Virus record (IMG/VR): IMGVR_UViG_3300019360_000027
Span: 1 to 31,401 of that record
Strand: one strand, 5' to 3'
From: a virus
Taxonomy: Duplodnaviria; Caudoviricetes
Length of the DNA stretch: 31,401 nucleotides
How positions within the stretch are numbered: position 1 is the stretch's first letter; every line of letters starts with the position of its first letter. Position numbers and translations under genes: made by a program. Below, piece after piece: positions 1 to 9,797 of the stretch. Below the pieces are notes generated by a model. The model did no database searches, was not told the DNA's origin, and saw nothing but the letters and a program-made list of their open reading frames with translations.

Positions 1-1
1 T

Positions 2-130
2 ATCATTCGGTCACTTCGCTGGCATGCTGGCCGGCTGCAAACCTTAGGCGATACGTGGCGCCCCTGGCAGTTGCGCGCCTATGCCGACAAGTTGATGGCT
101 GATGTGACTGCGCTGGAGGCTCAGGAGTAG
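2..130 (+). CDS. 3' end of a hypothetical protein (truncated by window edge)
   Basis: Frame open from base 2 to TAG 128-130 (...AYADKLMADVTALEAQE*), immediately followed by the next ATG. Confidence 0.5.
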   Translation: MIRSLRWHAGRLQTLGDTWRPWQLRAYADKLMADVTALEAQE

Positions 131-133
131 CTC

Positions 134-382
134 ATGCTCATCATGCTCATACTCACTGTGGTGATCTTTGTCGTGCTGCCCTACGATGCGCAGATGCTTG
201 TTATCGATCTGCTGCGTCCGCTGTGGCTGTCCGATGGCGGACGGGCGATCCTCATCGGCCTGGTTGCCGGCAGTGTGCCGATGCTGGTTGCCTACACGCT
301 CGGCTGGAATGCGCTCGCGGCACAGATTTACCACGAGGATATGAGCAAGGCTGATGATGCCTATCGGCGGCGGCGACGGTGA
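134..382 (+). CDS. Small membrane protein (two hydrophobic segments, basic C-terminal tail)
   Basis: AGGAG upstream of ATG 134; hydrophobic stretches LIMLILTVVIFVVL and AILIGLVAGSVPMLVAYTLG; ends YRRRRR. Confidence 0.6.
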   Translation: MLIMLILTVVIFVVLPYDAQMLVIDLLRPLWLSDGGRAILIGLVAGSVPMLVAYTLGWNALAAQIYHEDMSKADDAYRRRRR

Positions 383-459
383 GGAGCTATCCATGAACTA
401 CTCATTTCTGGGAGCGGTGCGTCTAACACTGCCCTCACCCCTGACCCGCCCCCAACGCA

Positions 460-490
460 ACGCCCCGAATCTCGATGAGATCCGGGGCGT
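460..490 (-). terminator. Stem-loop between convergent genes, probable terminator of the DUF3761 gene
   Basis: Minus strand ACGCCCCGGATCTC-ATC-GAGATTCGGGGCGT (14 bp with one G-U) followed by TGCGTTG, 15 nt after stop at 506. Confidence 0.6.
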
Positions 491-505
491 CTGTGTGTGC
501 GCCAC

Positions 506-1315
506 TCACGGCCCGTACAGCCATTGCGCCACACCCCCGTGATGCGAGCAGGCGCCGCGCCCCGTCGCTGAGGAGCGGGTACCATCGCGACAGATGGCTC
601 CAGTTCGGCCACCGCTCGACGGCGCCGGGACAACCGGGGCCGGTGTGAAGGTGGGGCGGGGCGTTGGCGGGAGCGAAATCGGCGTTGGCAGACGCCCCCC
701 AATGCGACTGACATAGATCTGCACGCCATACGATGGCTCGCCGACGACACTCGCGGCGGCCCACCCCTCGGCCCCCACGGGCGCGCGCTGGGGATCGCAG
801 TCATCCTCGATAGCGGCCACACGGATAAAGTACCACCGCGTGTCACCGACGTGCTGCACGGTCAGGTAGTCGAGCGTATCACCGGGGCAGAGCTTGCCGA
901 TCACGGTCTCGGCGACCGTCCGTGGCTCACTGCGCAGGTTCGCCACCGTCTGCGCAGCTCCGGTTGGCGGGGCAGGGGTGGCCGAGGGCGCAGCGGTCGG
1001 CGTGGGGGTCTGCGTCGGGGCGGCCGTAGGAGTGGGCTGTGGCGTGTGTGTAGGGCCTGGAGTCGGGGTCGGTGGGCGCGGAGTAGCGGTTGGGGGAGGT
1101 GTGCGGGTTGGGAGCAGGCCGACAGCCTCACCAGCACGCTGCGCCATCGCAAACGGCAGTGTGCATGCGCAGAGGATGACAAAAAGACCGATCGCGATGG
1201 AGACCCCCTTACCGAGGCACGAGCGCCGCGTGCGCACATCGTTCCCCCAGTAGGTGAGCGCACGCCCAATGAAGCTGGCAATGGCCGATAGCCAACGGGG
1301 AGTGTTGTGCTGCAT
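506..1315 (-). CDS. Membrane-anchored protein with Pro/Thr linker, SH3-like domain and C-terminal DUF3761-like domain
   Basis: TM segment SIAIGLFVILCACTLPF; PT-rich linker; ANLRSEP...W SH3b-like pattern; C-terminal AICRDGTRSSATGRGACSHHGGVAQW matches the DUF3761 signature; GAAAGG upstream of ATG. Confidence 0.8.
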   Translation of the reverse strand: MQHNTPRWLSAIASFIGRALTYWGNDVRTRRSCLGKGVSIAIGLFVILCACTLPFAMAQRAGEAVGLLPTRTPPPTATPRPPTPTPGPTHTPQPTPTAAPTQTPTPTAAPSATPAPPTGAAQTVANLRSEPRTVAETVIGKLCPGDTLDYLTVQHVGDTRWYFIRVAAIEDDCDPQRAPVGAEGWAAASVVGEPSYGVQIYVSRIGGRLPTPISLPPTPRPTFTPAPVVPAPSSGGRTGAICRDGTRSSATGRGACSHHGGVAQWLYGP

Positions 1316-1456
1316 AGTGGCCTTTCACGACGAGGGAATAGATGGCCACACCCTAGTACTGGGGGATGACGAGGCGATGAACACGAGGGTTTTACGTAGG
1401 TGAATTCACATACACCCGGCACCCCAACTGCGCTGGCGACGCGGCTCCGAAGCAAC

Positions 1457-1490
1457 AAGCGCCCTCTCCCGAGTCTGGGAGAGGGCGCTT
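1457..1490. terminator. Perfect 14-bp inverted repeat, terminator-like hairpin
   Basis: AAGCGCCCTCTCCC-GAGTCT-GGGAGAGGGCGCTT in non-coding DNA; short T runs on both strands. Confidence 0.6.
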
Positions 1491-1668
1491 TCGTGACCCT
1501 GTTACCTCACCAGCCGAAGCCCGTTTGCTCGGCGCCGTGCCCGCTCCTAAATCAGAAGCCCGGCGCCCATTACACATTGTTCACACCAACACAACTCGGG
1601 CGAGAGCGTATCCTTTGGCCCCCGCCCAGCGGTACATCGGTGGAACCGCCGTATCACAGGAGCCACCG

Positions 1669-1854
1669 ATGACCACCCTCGACCTCATCCTCGCCCTCAC
1701 CGTCGCCCTGGCCCGCAACGATGTCGATGCTACGGCCCAGCTGCTCGACGCGCTCGAAGCCCGCCTACCACCCGACGAGCTGGCTGATCTGCTGGAGGCG
1801 CTGCTTGGCGGGGAGGCGCATGCGTCAGCCCTGAGGCCCGTGCGCCATGCGTAG
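1669..1854 (+). CDS. Small helical hypothetical protein (61 aa)
   Basis: AGGAG 6 nt before ATG 1669; MTTLDLILALTVALARND...; GC-rich third codon positions. Confidence 0.65.
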   Translation: MTTLDLILALTVALARNDVDATAQLLDALEARLPPDELADLLEALLGGEAHASALRPVRHA

Positions 1855-1875
1855 GGGGCAACGCCTCGATTGTGC

Positions 1876-3723
1876 TTATGGCGTCGGATTGCGGCGCCTG
1901 TTCTGTTGTGGTGCGAGGATCGTTGTGGGGAGCGCAGCAGGTACACCGCTGGAGGCGGCGGCTATCTCTGCTGCTGCGAACACGGCGGCCTGCTGATGCT
2001 CGATATCGGGAAGCGGGCTTTCGGGGACGAGGGTCAGTGTGCTCGCAATCAGGTCCAGCCGTGTTTCGGCCAGGCGAAACGTGCGTATCCGATCGATCGC
2101 CTGTCCAGCTGCCGGTGGCAGATTGCGTATAACGACGGTGTCGCCCGTGCGCACCTGCTCAAGTGGGGCCAGTGCCCCACTACTTGTATAGACTCGATCA
2201 ACCGTGAGCCCGACGCGCGGCACGGGAGCGCTGGTCTGATCCCGCGCGACCGCGGCAAGTTGCCCCGCAATCGTCGCATTGGTTGTGTCGGCATCGACCG
2301 CCCCGCGCCGGGTGAGACCGTAAAGTGTGGTGCTCACCGCGTCGGCCTGGTTCGCCCCGCGCAGCGTACGTCCGTCCGGCCCCTCGTAGCGTGGGTAGAC
2401 ACTGTTAATCAGCCCGTCGAGGGTCTGATCGATCCTGAGATCAGCTGCATCGACATACCAGGTTTGATCGCTGCTCCCTGCTGGACGAAACACAAGGAGC
2501 CCGTTAGCCCACACCTGAGCCTCGAATCGTGCTGTCGCACTCCCCCGTTCGGCCAGTTCACCGATGATATCAGCCGGGGTCGTATCTTCCCACACCGCGC
2601 TGAGCACGTCACGGTCGCAGCTCTGAATGAGCGCGGTGCTGCTGGAGAGCACACCGCCGCTGTTCGTGGCCGTGAGATAGGCTGGCATGGTGGCCACGAT
2701 TTCATCAGGCCGAATTTTGTAGGCCCGTACATCGTCTCCGCTCAGGTGGTTGGTGGCGAATGTAGCAACGAATTGGGTACTGTTGGTGATACTCTCGACG
2801 GTCACCCACTCGCTGCCCGTTGCGCCATTGCCGATGTTGAGACGCTGGCCTACGTACATCCCCGCTGTTGATCCTACGTCTGCTGTAACACTCGCCCCCG
2901 CGTTGCGGTTGGCGGTGAGCTGGACGGCGATGCGGTTGGTTGAGGCGGTGACAACCCGCAGATCGGAAAGCCAGCAGTACCAGCTTCCGGTCTCACCGGC
3001 CGGGGTAGAGGTGGCACCCGTGTCGTTGAGAATGAAGATCTCTATGGCCTTGCTCCCCGTGAAGAGCAGGTGATAGGCCCGGTCGATCAGTACGCCAGCT
3101 GATGTAACCGAGAGTACATTCGTCGCTGTGCTGAAATCATCCCCGTCATAGCGGTTGACTTGAAACAGCCAGTTCGTTGGGATAAGCACACGTACCCGAA
3201 ATTCCAGCCCAACAATGTCGCGTACACCCAGATGCGGTCCGCGAAACGCCACGCCGCCCACGCGCGCACCCGAGGCCGGGTAGCTCGTTCCCTTGATCAG
3301 GCTGATGACGATTCGCTCCGAGAACTCGTACTCGTAGAGTTCGGGAGCTCGCGATGAGAGCACGGTTGTGTTGTAGACCGGGCTACTCTCAAACCAGCCT
3401 TCCACACCTGAAGCACTCCAGAGCGCCGTGTAGGGCAGGTCAGCGAGCTCGCGCCAGGGCCCAAGTGCCGTGATCGACGCGTCCGCGTCGGTGAGACTCG
3501 GATCCTCAACCCGCCCACGCCCGATCTGCTGCCCGGCATGCGTAAGTCGTGCCTGAAGCCGCCCAAGCCGGCTGTAGAGGTCGAAGGCCTCAATCGTCGA
3601 AAGCGGGATTTCTGCCGTGATCGACTCCAGTCCGCGCGGGCCGGTTGCCAGCGTACAGGCGGTGGCCTGCTCGGTCGGAACAGCCACGCGCGTCTCTCCG
3701 TCGAAGAGTGCCAGATCGATCAT
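1876..3723 (-). CDS. Minor tail protein (Tal/baseplate hub-like) with central beta-rich insert
   Basis: 615 aa, second gene after tape measure; hub-like N- and C-terminal parts (GRVEDP; VRTGDTVVIRNLP); ATGA overlap with upstream gene. Confidence 0.7.
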   Translation of the reverse strand: MIDLALFDGETRVAVPTEQATACTLATGPRGLESITAEIPLSTIEAFDLYSRLGRLQARLTHAGQQIGRGRVEDPSLTDADASITALGPWRELADLPYTALWSASGVEGWFESSPVYNTTVLSSRAPELYEYEFSERIVISLIKGTSYPASGARVGGVAFRGPHLGVRDIVGLEFRVRVLIPTNWLFQVNRYDGDDFSTATNVLSVTSAGVLIDRAYHLLFTGSKAIEIFILNDTGATSTPAGETGSWYCWLSDLRVVTASTNRIAVQLTANRNAGASVTADVGSTAGMYVGQRLNIGNGATGSEWVTVESITNSTQFVATFATNHLSGDDVRAYKIRPDEIVATMPAYLTATNSGGVLSSSTALIQSCDRDVLSAVWEDTTPADIIGELAERGSATARFEAQVWANGLLVFRPAGSSDQTWYVDAADLRIDQTLDGLINSVYPRYEGPDGRTLRGANQADAVSTTLYGLTRRGAVDADTTNATIAGQLAAVARDQTSAPVPRVGLTVDRVYTSSGALAPLEQVRTGDTVVIRNLPPAAGQAIDRIRTFRLAETRLDLIASTLTLVPESPLPDIEHQQAAVFAAAEIAAASSGVPAALPTTILAPQQNRRRNPTP

Positions 3724-5072
3724 TGTGGACTCAGGTAGGCACGCCGCCAGTAGGCGGTGAGCGTGTACTGGGTTGTCGGGCGCCAGGCTGTTCCGTTCAC
3801 ACGTACGAATGACGCGAGCACGCGGTCTGACGCTGCAGCAAGATCAATATCGCCGTCGTATGGCAGGTTCACCCCAGGTGTGCCTGGGGCAGATACCGCC
3901 GCCCGAATGCCGCCCGAGCGATCATAGTTGGCCTCGGTTGCATAGAACAGGAACGGTGACGCACTCGCCGCGCGCAGTGTCACCATGCGCGCCCCCGGCG
4001 TATCGACCGCCAGAGTGACAACATAGGCAATATCCAGAGTCGGCGAGCCGCTGGTACTGAGCGCCTGGATCTCCAAAAACAGTGTGTTTGCTCCCGGGTT
4101 GGCTGAGAGGCTGATGATGCCGAGTGGGAGAATGCGCGGGGTGGTACTACTAGTGTCAACGACCTGCCAGGGTCCGGCCGGGCCGTAGGTCTGGTTGATC
4201 AGCCGCGTGCGGATAAGAAACGTTACCGTCGCCGAATTGTTGCGCACGGCGGCGAACACGGCAAACTGGCGACCTATCGTGGGCACAGCCCCCGTGATAG
4301 CTCCGCTTGCGGCTACGGCCGTCCCCGTTGGCGTGTAGCGCAGGACATTGGTCTGTGATGGGTACGGGCTATTGGCCGCATCATTGACACTGGTGTAGCC
4401 GGTCGCCGTTCCCGTGAGGGCTGCGGCACTCACCAGCGCGTTCGCCCGGGGCGCGGTCAGCAGGAACGAGGGGTTGAGCGTGCCCGCCACACTGCTATAG
4501 GCCAGCGCCAGCGGGGAAACAACCGGGAGGGTAACGCCCAGTGTAATCGTTCCAACCGTCGGGCTCTCCTGGCTGGCGGCACTCGCCGTTGCCTGCGTGG
4601 CCAGTAGGCGCCCCCGGCGCACAAACCGTAGCTCAACATCACGGATGATCCATCTGCGCGGATCGGTCGGGACATCCGGCTCAGCCTGATAACTGGCTGG
4701 CGATGCGCCAGGCGCCGGGCCTGTGATGATCGCCGACAACAGACCCGCCGTTCCAAACTGGATCCGCATGCGGATCTGGACTGCCTCGACATTGAGACCG
4801 TCCCGCCACTGGGCCCCCTGATCCAGCAGGCCGATGAGCGTTTCGAGGGCGGCAGTGCAGGCCGCGGCACTACTACCAGTAATGTCAACGGTGAGTGTAT
4901 CCTCGACTTCGGCGTAGGGTGTAAGGCCAGCCAGGCTTGAGGCGCGCCGGGCGGCTACCCCCGGCGCATAGCGGGCGTTCTGGTACTGCGGGCCGTTCAC
5001 CAGGTCGTAGACCGCGGTGATCGCCCCCGCCGTCGAGATAGTATCGACGCTCAGATGTTCGTACACCAGCAT
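3720..5072 (-). CDS. Distal tail protein (Dit-like) with probable carbohydrate-binding insert
   Basis: 450 aa directly after tape measure; beta-rich; C-terminal YWRRAYL resembles Dit endings. Confidence 0.6.
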   Translation of the reverse strand: MLVYEHLSVDTISTAGAITAVYDLVNGPQYQNARYAPGVAARRASSLAGLTPYAEVEDTLTVDITGSSAAACTAALETLIGLLDQGAQWRDGLNVEAVQIRMRIQFGTAGLLSAIITGPAPGASPASYQAEPDVPTDPRRWIIRDVELRFVRRGRLLATQATASAASQESPTVGTITLGVTLPVVSPLALAYSSVAGTLNPSFLLTAPRANALVSAAALTGTATGYTSVNDAANSPYPSQTNVLRYTPTGTAVAASGAITGAVPTIGRQFAVFAAVRNNSATVTFLIRTRLINQTYGPAGPWQVVDTSSTTPRILPLGIISLSANPGANTLFLEIQALSTSGSPTLDIAYVVTLAVDTPGARMVTLRAASASPFLFYATEANYDRSGGIRAAVSAPGTPGVNLPYDGDIDLAAASDRVLASFVRVNGTAWRPTTQYTLTAYWRRAYLSPQ

Positions 5073-8000
5073 CTACATTCTCGCCATGGTCTGTGCTGTG
5101 CCCGTTCGCCGGTCCAGTACCCGGTTAATCACCCGCTCGAGCTGTGTTTCGCTCAGACTACTCCCGTTGATCGTTACACTGTTCCCGCCGTAGCTTACAC
5201 TGCTATAGCTTGCTCCAGCCACGGATGTGACCGGGCTCACCATGCGCTCGGTGTCACGAGCCAGCATGGAGCGGATGGCCGGTACTTGTCCCGCAAAGCC
5301 GGCGGCCACTCCCTGCGCAAGCGGTACGCCTACCAGGCCCGCGGTGAGGGTCGACGGGCTGTGGATCCCGAGTGCTGCCCGCGCCTGAGCGATGGCCGTT
5401 TCCAGCGCCTGTGTGAGTGCGGCTGAGAGTGCGCCGGTTGATCCGGCGATGGCCTGCCGGATACCATCGATCAACGCGTCGCCGGTTTCCTTGCCGTCGC
5501 CGGCAAGGGAGGCTATCTCGTCAGCCCGGCGCTGGGCCTGCTGTTCGAACGAGGCCAACTCCGCTGCCTGCGCCTGCGTGAGTAGCTCAAGCTGTGTGGC
5601 GAGCAGCTCCTTTGTGCCCTGAGCTGTCTCATCGTCGTAGGCGGCCTGGAGTGCAAGCAGATCGTTGATCTGCTGGTTGCGCAGATCAAGATAGTCTTGC
5701 GCTAGCTTAGGGTCATTGCGCGCGATGCGTTGGGCCTCTGTTGTCGCCTCCGCAAGCAATTCCTGCGCGCGGCGTGCCCGGTCGATCGCATGCGTGTACG
5801 ATTGGCCGGCCTGTTCGTTTGCACGCCACAGTTCGGCGATTCGGGCCTGGGCCGCTTCATCGTCGGCAGCTGCGGACTGACGCGCATCGGCGAGCTCGCG
5901 CTCGATTTCGAGTAGACGCCTGGCGGCGTCTGCGCGCTCGGCAGGATCGATGTGCTGTTCGGCCGTGCGCGCGAGATCTGCGCGCTCGGCCTCCAGGTCG
6001 GCGATCTGTTGAGCTGCATCCTCGGCGGCCTTCGCCCGATCGGCCTCGGCCTTGGCGATATCGCTGCCGATCTTGCTTTGCTCCTTGCGTCTGGCCGTTA
6101 CCTCCCGCTCTGCGTCCATCACGCCGCTCACAGCAGACGAGCGAGCCCGTGCGAAGCCGGCGATACCCGCGAGTGTTTCGTCGATCAGCTTCTGCGCGTT
6201 CTTGGCAAGACTCTCAAGCTCCTTCAGCACGTCGTCGCTCAGGCTCTCGGCAGCGGCCATGACGGTATCAACCCGTGCCAGGATGCCCTTGGCGATACCT
6301 TGTGAGATTGGCTCACCAATCTCACGCGCAAACAACTCAGACGGGCTATGCGCTTCGGCCTTTGTTTGCGCCGTCCCAAGAGTCTTCGCAATAATGTCGG
6401 TGACTTTTGAAAATAGACCGCCGGAGGCACTGTCAAGGCCCTGGATAATACCCTGGATAATCGCCGCTCCGATGGTGTTTGCGCCCTTCGCGTAATCGGC
6501 GGCAGCGCCCTCGATCCACTGCTGGATCTGCTGCAAGCCCTTAATCGCCAGATCGGCCCCAGCCGAAAAATGTTTCGGGAAGTCGTTCGCAAAATAGTCG
6601 CCAATGACACCCGCGCCCTGCTGGAAATCGCTTACCCAGGCCTGATCCTCAGCAAGCCCGCTCAAAATCTTCCCAACCAGATCCGCCCCGGCCTGAAAAT
6701 CACCTGGCCAGTCATTCACGAAGTAGCTTGCGACAACGCCAGCCCCTTCTTTGATCTCATTGGCCCAGGTTGTATTACTGAGCTCCTTGAGCTTCCCGCT
6801 GACGATATTGATTCCGTTTGTCAGATCGGTCTGGAAATCATTCGCAAAATAGTCGGCGACAACGCCAGCGCCCTCACGGAGCTCCGTGCCGAGTGGTGTG
6901 GTAAAAAAACCATCTACCGCATCACGGGCGTTTGAAAAATAGCCGGGAATGTCCTGGGCTGCTGCACCAATGTCCTTGATCTGCTGGATCAGCGGGCTGG
7001 CCTGAACATTAGCGATGCCGTCCTTAAACTCCTGCACAATGCGATTGACTTCCCCCAGCCCGTCTTTGACTTCATCGAGTTTGCCCAGGCCCAGGTCACC
7101 GCCCCCGAGTGAGGGAAGGCCTGCACCGCCGCCTGCTCCCTTTGCCGCCGTCGCCTGCTCCTTAGCCAGTCGCTCGAGCAACGCAATCTGTTCGCCAATC
7201 AGCCGGTTCTGCTCCGACTGGAGATCGATCGCCTGCTGCTGGGCGTCGAACTGCGTTTGCGCCGCGGTCTGGGCCTCCTCTGCTGCTGTGAGTTTGGCCT
7301 CAGCCCCCTCAACCGCCGCGTCGCGCTCGCGCTCGGTTGAGCGGATCTGCTGTTCGACCCCAATTTCGGCAATCTCCAGCCGGGCAAGCTCAGCCTCCTG
7401 CTCGTCGAGTTTGCCCTCGGCCAGTTTCTGTTGCAGCTCGGCCACTCGCTGCGCGTCCTTGATCTCCTGCTTGCGGTCCTGGATCCCTTGCAGCTCAGCA
7501 TTGAGTGGGTTGAGGATGGCCGCGTACTCGCTCGTAACGTTATTCAGCTCCGCCTGCGCTCGTGCGACTTCGTTTGTCGCTTCCTGGAGCTCAAAGTACG
7601 AGCGCGCGAAACGTTCGGCTGCCGAGCCCGCTGGGCCAGCCGCATCCCGAATGGCGCCGAAGCTCTCCTCTGAGACACTCCCAAGCGTGCGGAATTCTTC
7701 AACCGCACGGGCGATTGCGTCCCGTGAGCCGAAGATGAGGTTAAGTACGCCGCCCTCGTCTACCGCTCCGGTGTCAACCAGATCCCGCAGCATGCCCTCG
7801 ATGCTCCCCGACAGCTCGCTAAACGCGCTCATGTCGGGGTTGGCCCACCCCGCCATAAACTCGTTGACGGCTGACTGTCCCCAGGACGGCAGATCAGGCA
7901 GGAGTTTGGGCGGGGAACCAGGTGCGAGCCAGCCCGCAATGATCGAGCCGATCTGTTGCAGGACGGAAACAACCACACTCACGGCTTGCCACATGCCCTT

Positions 8001-9536
8001 GGCTACCTGCCCGATAAAGTTTGCCCCCCACTGGAGTGCTTGTCCGATGAGTGGCGCGAGCGCGTCCCACCACTGGCGCGCGGTCTGCGCCAGCGCCATC
8101 AGCACCCCGGCCACCTGCCCACCGACGGCGGCAATCTCCGGCAGATGCTGGGCAAACGACACGAGCCCGTTTGCGGCCGCAACCATGATTTCGCCAATCA
8201 ACTCCCCGGCGGGCGCAAGCAGCTCGGCAATCCCGGCGGCGGCCTCTTCAAGCAGTGGCGCATGCGCTTCCAGGATACTGTTGACTTCGCCAAGCCCCTT
8301 GGAGAAGGCATCAAAGATCGGCTTGGTCGCAACCCCGGCCAGATTGGTAAAGGTATCGGTGAAGGTGGACAGGCGCCCTCCCGCCGTGTTCGCCAGCTGC
8401 GAAACCAGATCGGCATCATAGCCGGCCTGCAACATGGCCTTCGAGAGGATCTCTAGTGCCGGCACACCCTCGTCTTTCAGCTGGTTGATGTACTGCCGAC
8501 TGAGATTAAAGCGCTCGATGGCTGATGCGAAGTCCCCGGAGGCCGCTTCCTTGATCGCAAACGCGGCTCCTTCCAGGCCCTCGGCTGGATTGGAAGCCGC
8601 TAGGATCTCGGCTGTCCCAAGTAACTCTTCCAGCGGCACGTTCGACGATTTCGCCGCCGGTCCCAGACTCGCCGCCGCACTCGCCATCTCGTTAAACTCA
8701 AATGGTGTTTTCGCCGCGCGCTCGCGCACCATGTCCAATACTTGCGCGGTCACCGCGCTGTCTTTGGTGAAGGCTTGAATACGCGCGGACGCCTGCTCAA
8801 GCGAGTTGTTAAAGCCCAGGCCAGCAACGGCAGCAGCCCCCAGACCGGCGGCGATGCCAGTTCCGAGCCTGAGCGCTAGCCCTCCTGCAACCTTGAGCAC
8901 ACCGCCAGCGACCCCGGCTATCTTTCCGAGCGAGGCGCTGAGTGATGTAAAGCCGCCCGCTGCTCGGCTCGCCCCATCGGCCGCCTTATTGCTTTCAGCG
9001 GCCACTTTGGCAACACCTGCCGCTGCACGTTCGCTGGCGTGGCCTGTTTTTTCGGCTGCGGCCGCTTGCTTGGCAGCCGATTGCGCTGCCTTCTCGTTTT
9101 GGGCAGCATTCTGCTCACTCGCTTGAGCATCCTTTTGGGCAGCCTGGGCGGCAGCATTGTAGGCCGCCGTTTCTGCATCCAGGGCCGCCTTCTCGCGTCC
9201 GATCTGGGCTTCGACTTTGCCGATGGAGGCGGCGAGTTTGTCAACAGCAAGTTGTTTCTTTTGAGCTTGAACCGAGCCTTCGCCGTATTTGGCACTCGTA
9301 GCAGCAAGTTCTTGTTGAAGGATGGCTAACTGGCGCTGCTGCAGCGTGAGTGCTCCCGTTAACTCCTCTATTTTTTGTGCTCGCGCCGCAGCCCGCGCCA
9401 GTGCCTCGACGCCCTGTGCTGCCTCCTCTGCGGCAACGCCAAGGCCAGCCGCGAGTTTGCCGGCCCCCTTCATGGCCGCATCAAAACCCCCGGATCCTTC
9501 AGCAACTAATCTGACACCAGCCGGCTCTAGCCCCAT
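5073..9536 (-). CDS. Tail tape measure protein
   Basis: 1487 aa, Ala/Glu/Gln-rich helical; tape-measure domain (AAKTPFEFNEMASAA); aromatic periodic repeats; HSPS motifs; follows chaperone genes. Confidence 0.93.
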   Translation of the reverse strand: MGLEPAGVRLVAEGSGGFDAAMKGAGKLAAGLGVAAEEAAQGVEALARAAARAQKIEELTGALTLQQRQLAILQQELAATSAKYGEGSVQAQKKQLAVDKLAASIGKVEAQIGREKAALDAETAAYNAAAQAAQKDAQASEQNAAQNEKAAQSAAKQAAAAEKTGHASERAAAGVAKVAAESNKAADGASRAAGGFTSLSASLGKIAGVAGGVLKVAGGLALRLGTGIAAGLGAAAVAGLGFNNSLEQASARIQAFTKDSAVTAQVLDMVRERAAKTPFEFNEMASAAASLGPAAKSSNVPLEELLGTAEILAASNPAEGLEGAAFAIKEAASGDFASAIERFNLSRQYINQLKDEGVPALEILSKAMLQAGYDADLVSQLANTAGGRLSTFTDTFTNLAGVATKPIFDAFSKGLGEVNSILEAHAPLLEEAAAGIAELLAPAGELIGEIMVAAANGLVSFAQHLPEIAAVGGQVAGVLMALAQTARQWWDALAPLIGQALQWGANFIGQVAKGMWQAVSVVVSVLQQIGSIIAGWLAPGSPPKLLPDLPSWGQSAVNEFMAGWANPDMSAFSELSGSIEGMLRDLVDTGAVDEGGVLNLIFGSRDAIARAVEEFRTLGSVSEESFGAIRDAAGPAGSAAERFARSYFELQEATNEVARAQAELNNVTSEYAAILNPLNAELQGIQDRKQEIKDAQRVAELQQKLAEGKLDEQEAELARLEIAEIGVEQQIRSTERERDAAVEGAEAKLTAAEEAQTAAQTQFDAQQQAIDLQSEQNRLIGEQIALLERLAKEQATAAKGAGGGAGLPSLGGGDLGLGKLDEVKDGLGEVNRIVQEFKDGIANVQASPLIQQIKDIGAAAQDIPGYFSNARDAVDGFFTTPLGTELREGAGVVADYFANDFQTDLTNGINIVSGKLKELSNTTWANEIKEGAGVVASYFVNDWPGDFQAGADLVGKILSGLAEDQAWVSDFQQGAGVIGDYFANDFPKHFSAGADLAIKGLQQIQQWIEGAAADYAKGANTIGAAIIQGIIQGLDSASGGLFSKVTDIIAKTLGTAQTKAEAHSPSELFAREIGEPISQGIAKGILARVDTVMAAAESLSDDVLKELESLAKNAQKLIDETLAGIAGFARARSSAVSGVMDAEREVTARRKEQSKIGSDIAKAEADRAKAAEDAAQQIADLEAERADLARTAEQHIDPAERADAARRLLEIERELADARQSAAADDEAAQARIAELWRANEQAGQSYTHAIDRARRAQELLAEATTEAQRIARNDPKLAQDYLDLRNQQINDLLALQAAYDDETAQGTKELLATQLELLTQAQAAELASFEQQAQRRADEIASLAGDGKETGDALIDGIRQAIAGSTGALSAALTQALETAIAQARAALGIHSPSTLTAGLVGVPLAQGVAAGFAGQVPAIRSMLARDTERMVSPVTSVAGASYSSVSYGGNSVTINGSSLSETQLERVINRVLDRRTGTAQTMARM

Positions 9537-9797
9537 CTACACTCGCGACCTGCCCGTACGGCTCTTGCGTCGCGCCTCCTTCATGGCTTCGTGGTGCTCA
9601 AGATACTCAAGCTTCGTGTCATCTTCATAGAACGCCACGATCTGGCCCTGCGTCTCCCGATCGAGCACTCGAAATTGCGGCCATGGAACACCGGCATATT
9701 TTGCCGCGCGCATCCAATGAAAGACAGGGCTATAGGCTGTCTTGCCCGCCGGGACGCGGTGCGATGCGAGTGAACGCCCCTTCCACCGCACGTCGAA
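9537..9797 (-). CDS. Tail assembly chaperone, T (frameshift extension) segment
   Basis: ORF overlapping the 3' end of G in the +1 frame and ending flush with the tape-measure ATG; no convincing independent start. Confidence 0.65.
   Translation of the reverse strand, partial: FDVRWKGRSLASHRVPAGKTAYSPVFHWMRAAKYAGVPWPQFRVLDRETQGQIVAFYEDDTKLEYLEHHEAMKEARRKSRTGRSRV

Noticed and set aside
354-542. ORF with GAGGAG before ATG 393
   Set aside because: Runs through a terminator hairpin and overlaps the convergent DUF3761 gene; no recognisable motif
1870-2871. Long plus-strand ORFs (also 7015-8421, 18326-19498, 20962-21756)
   Set aside because: Antisense shadows of well-supported minus-strand genes in high-GC DNA
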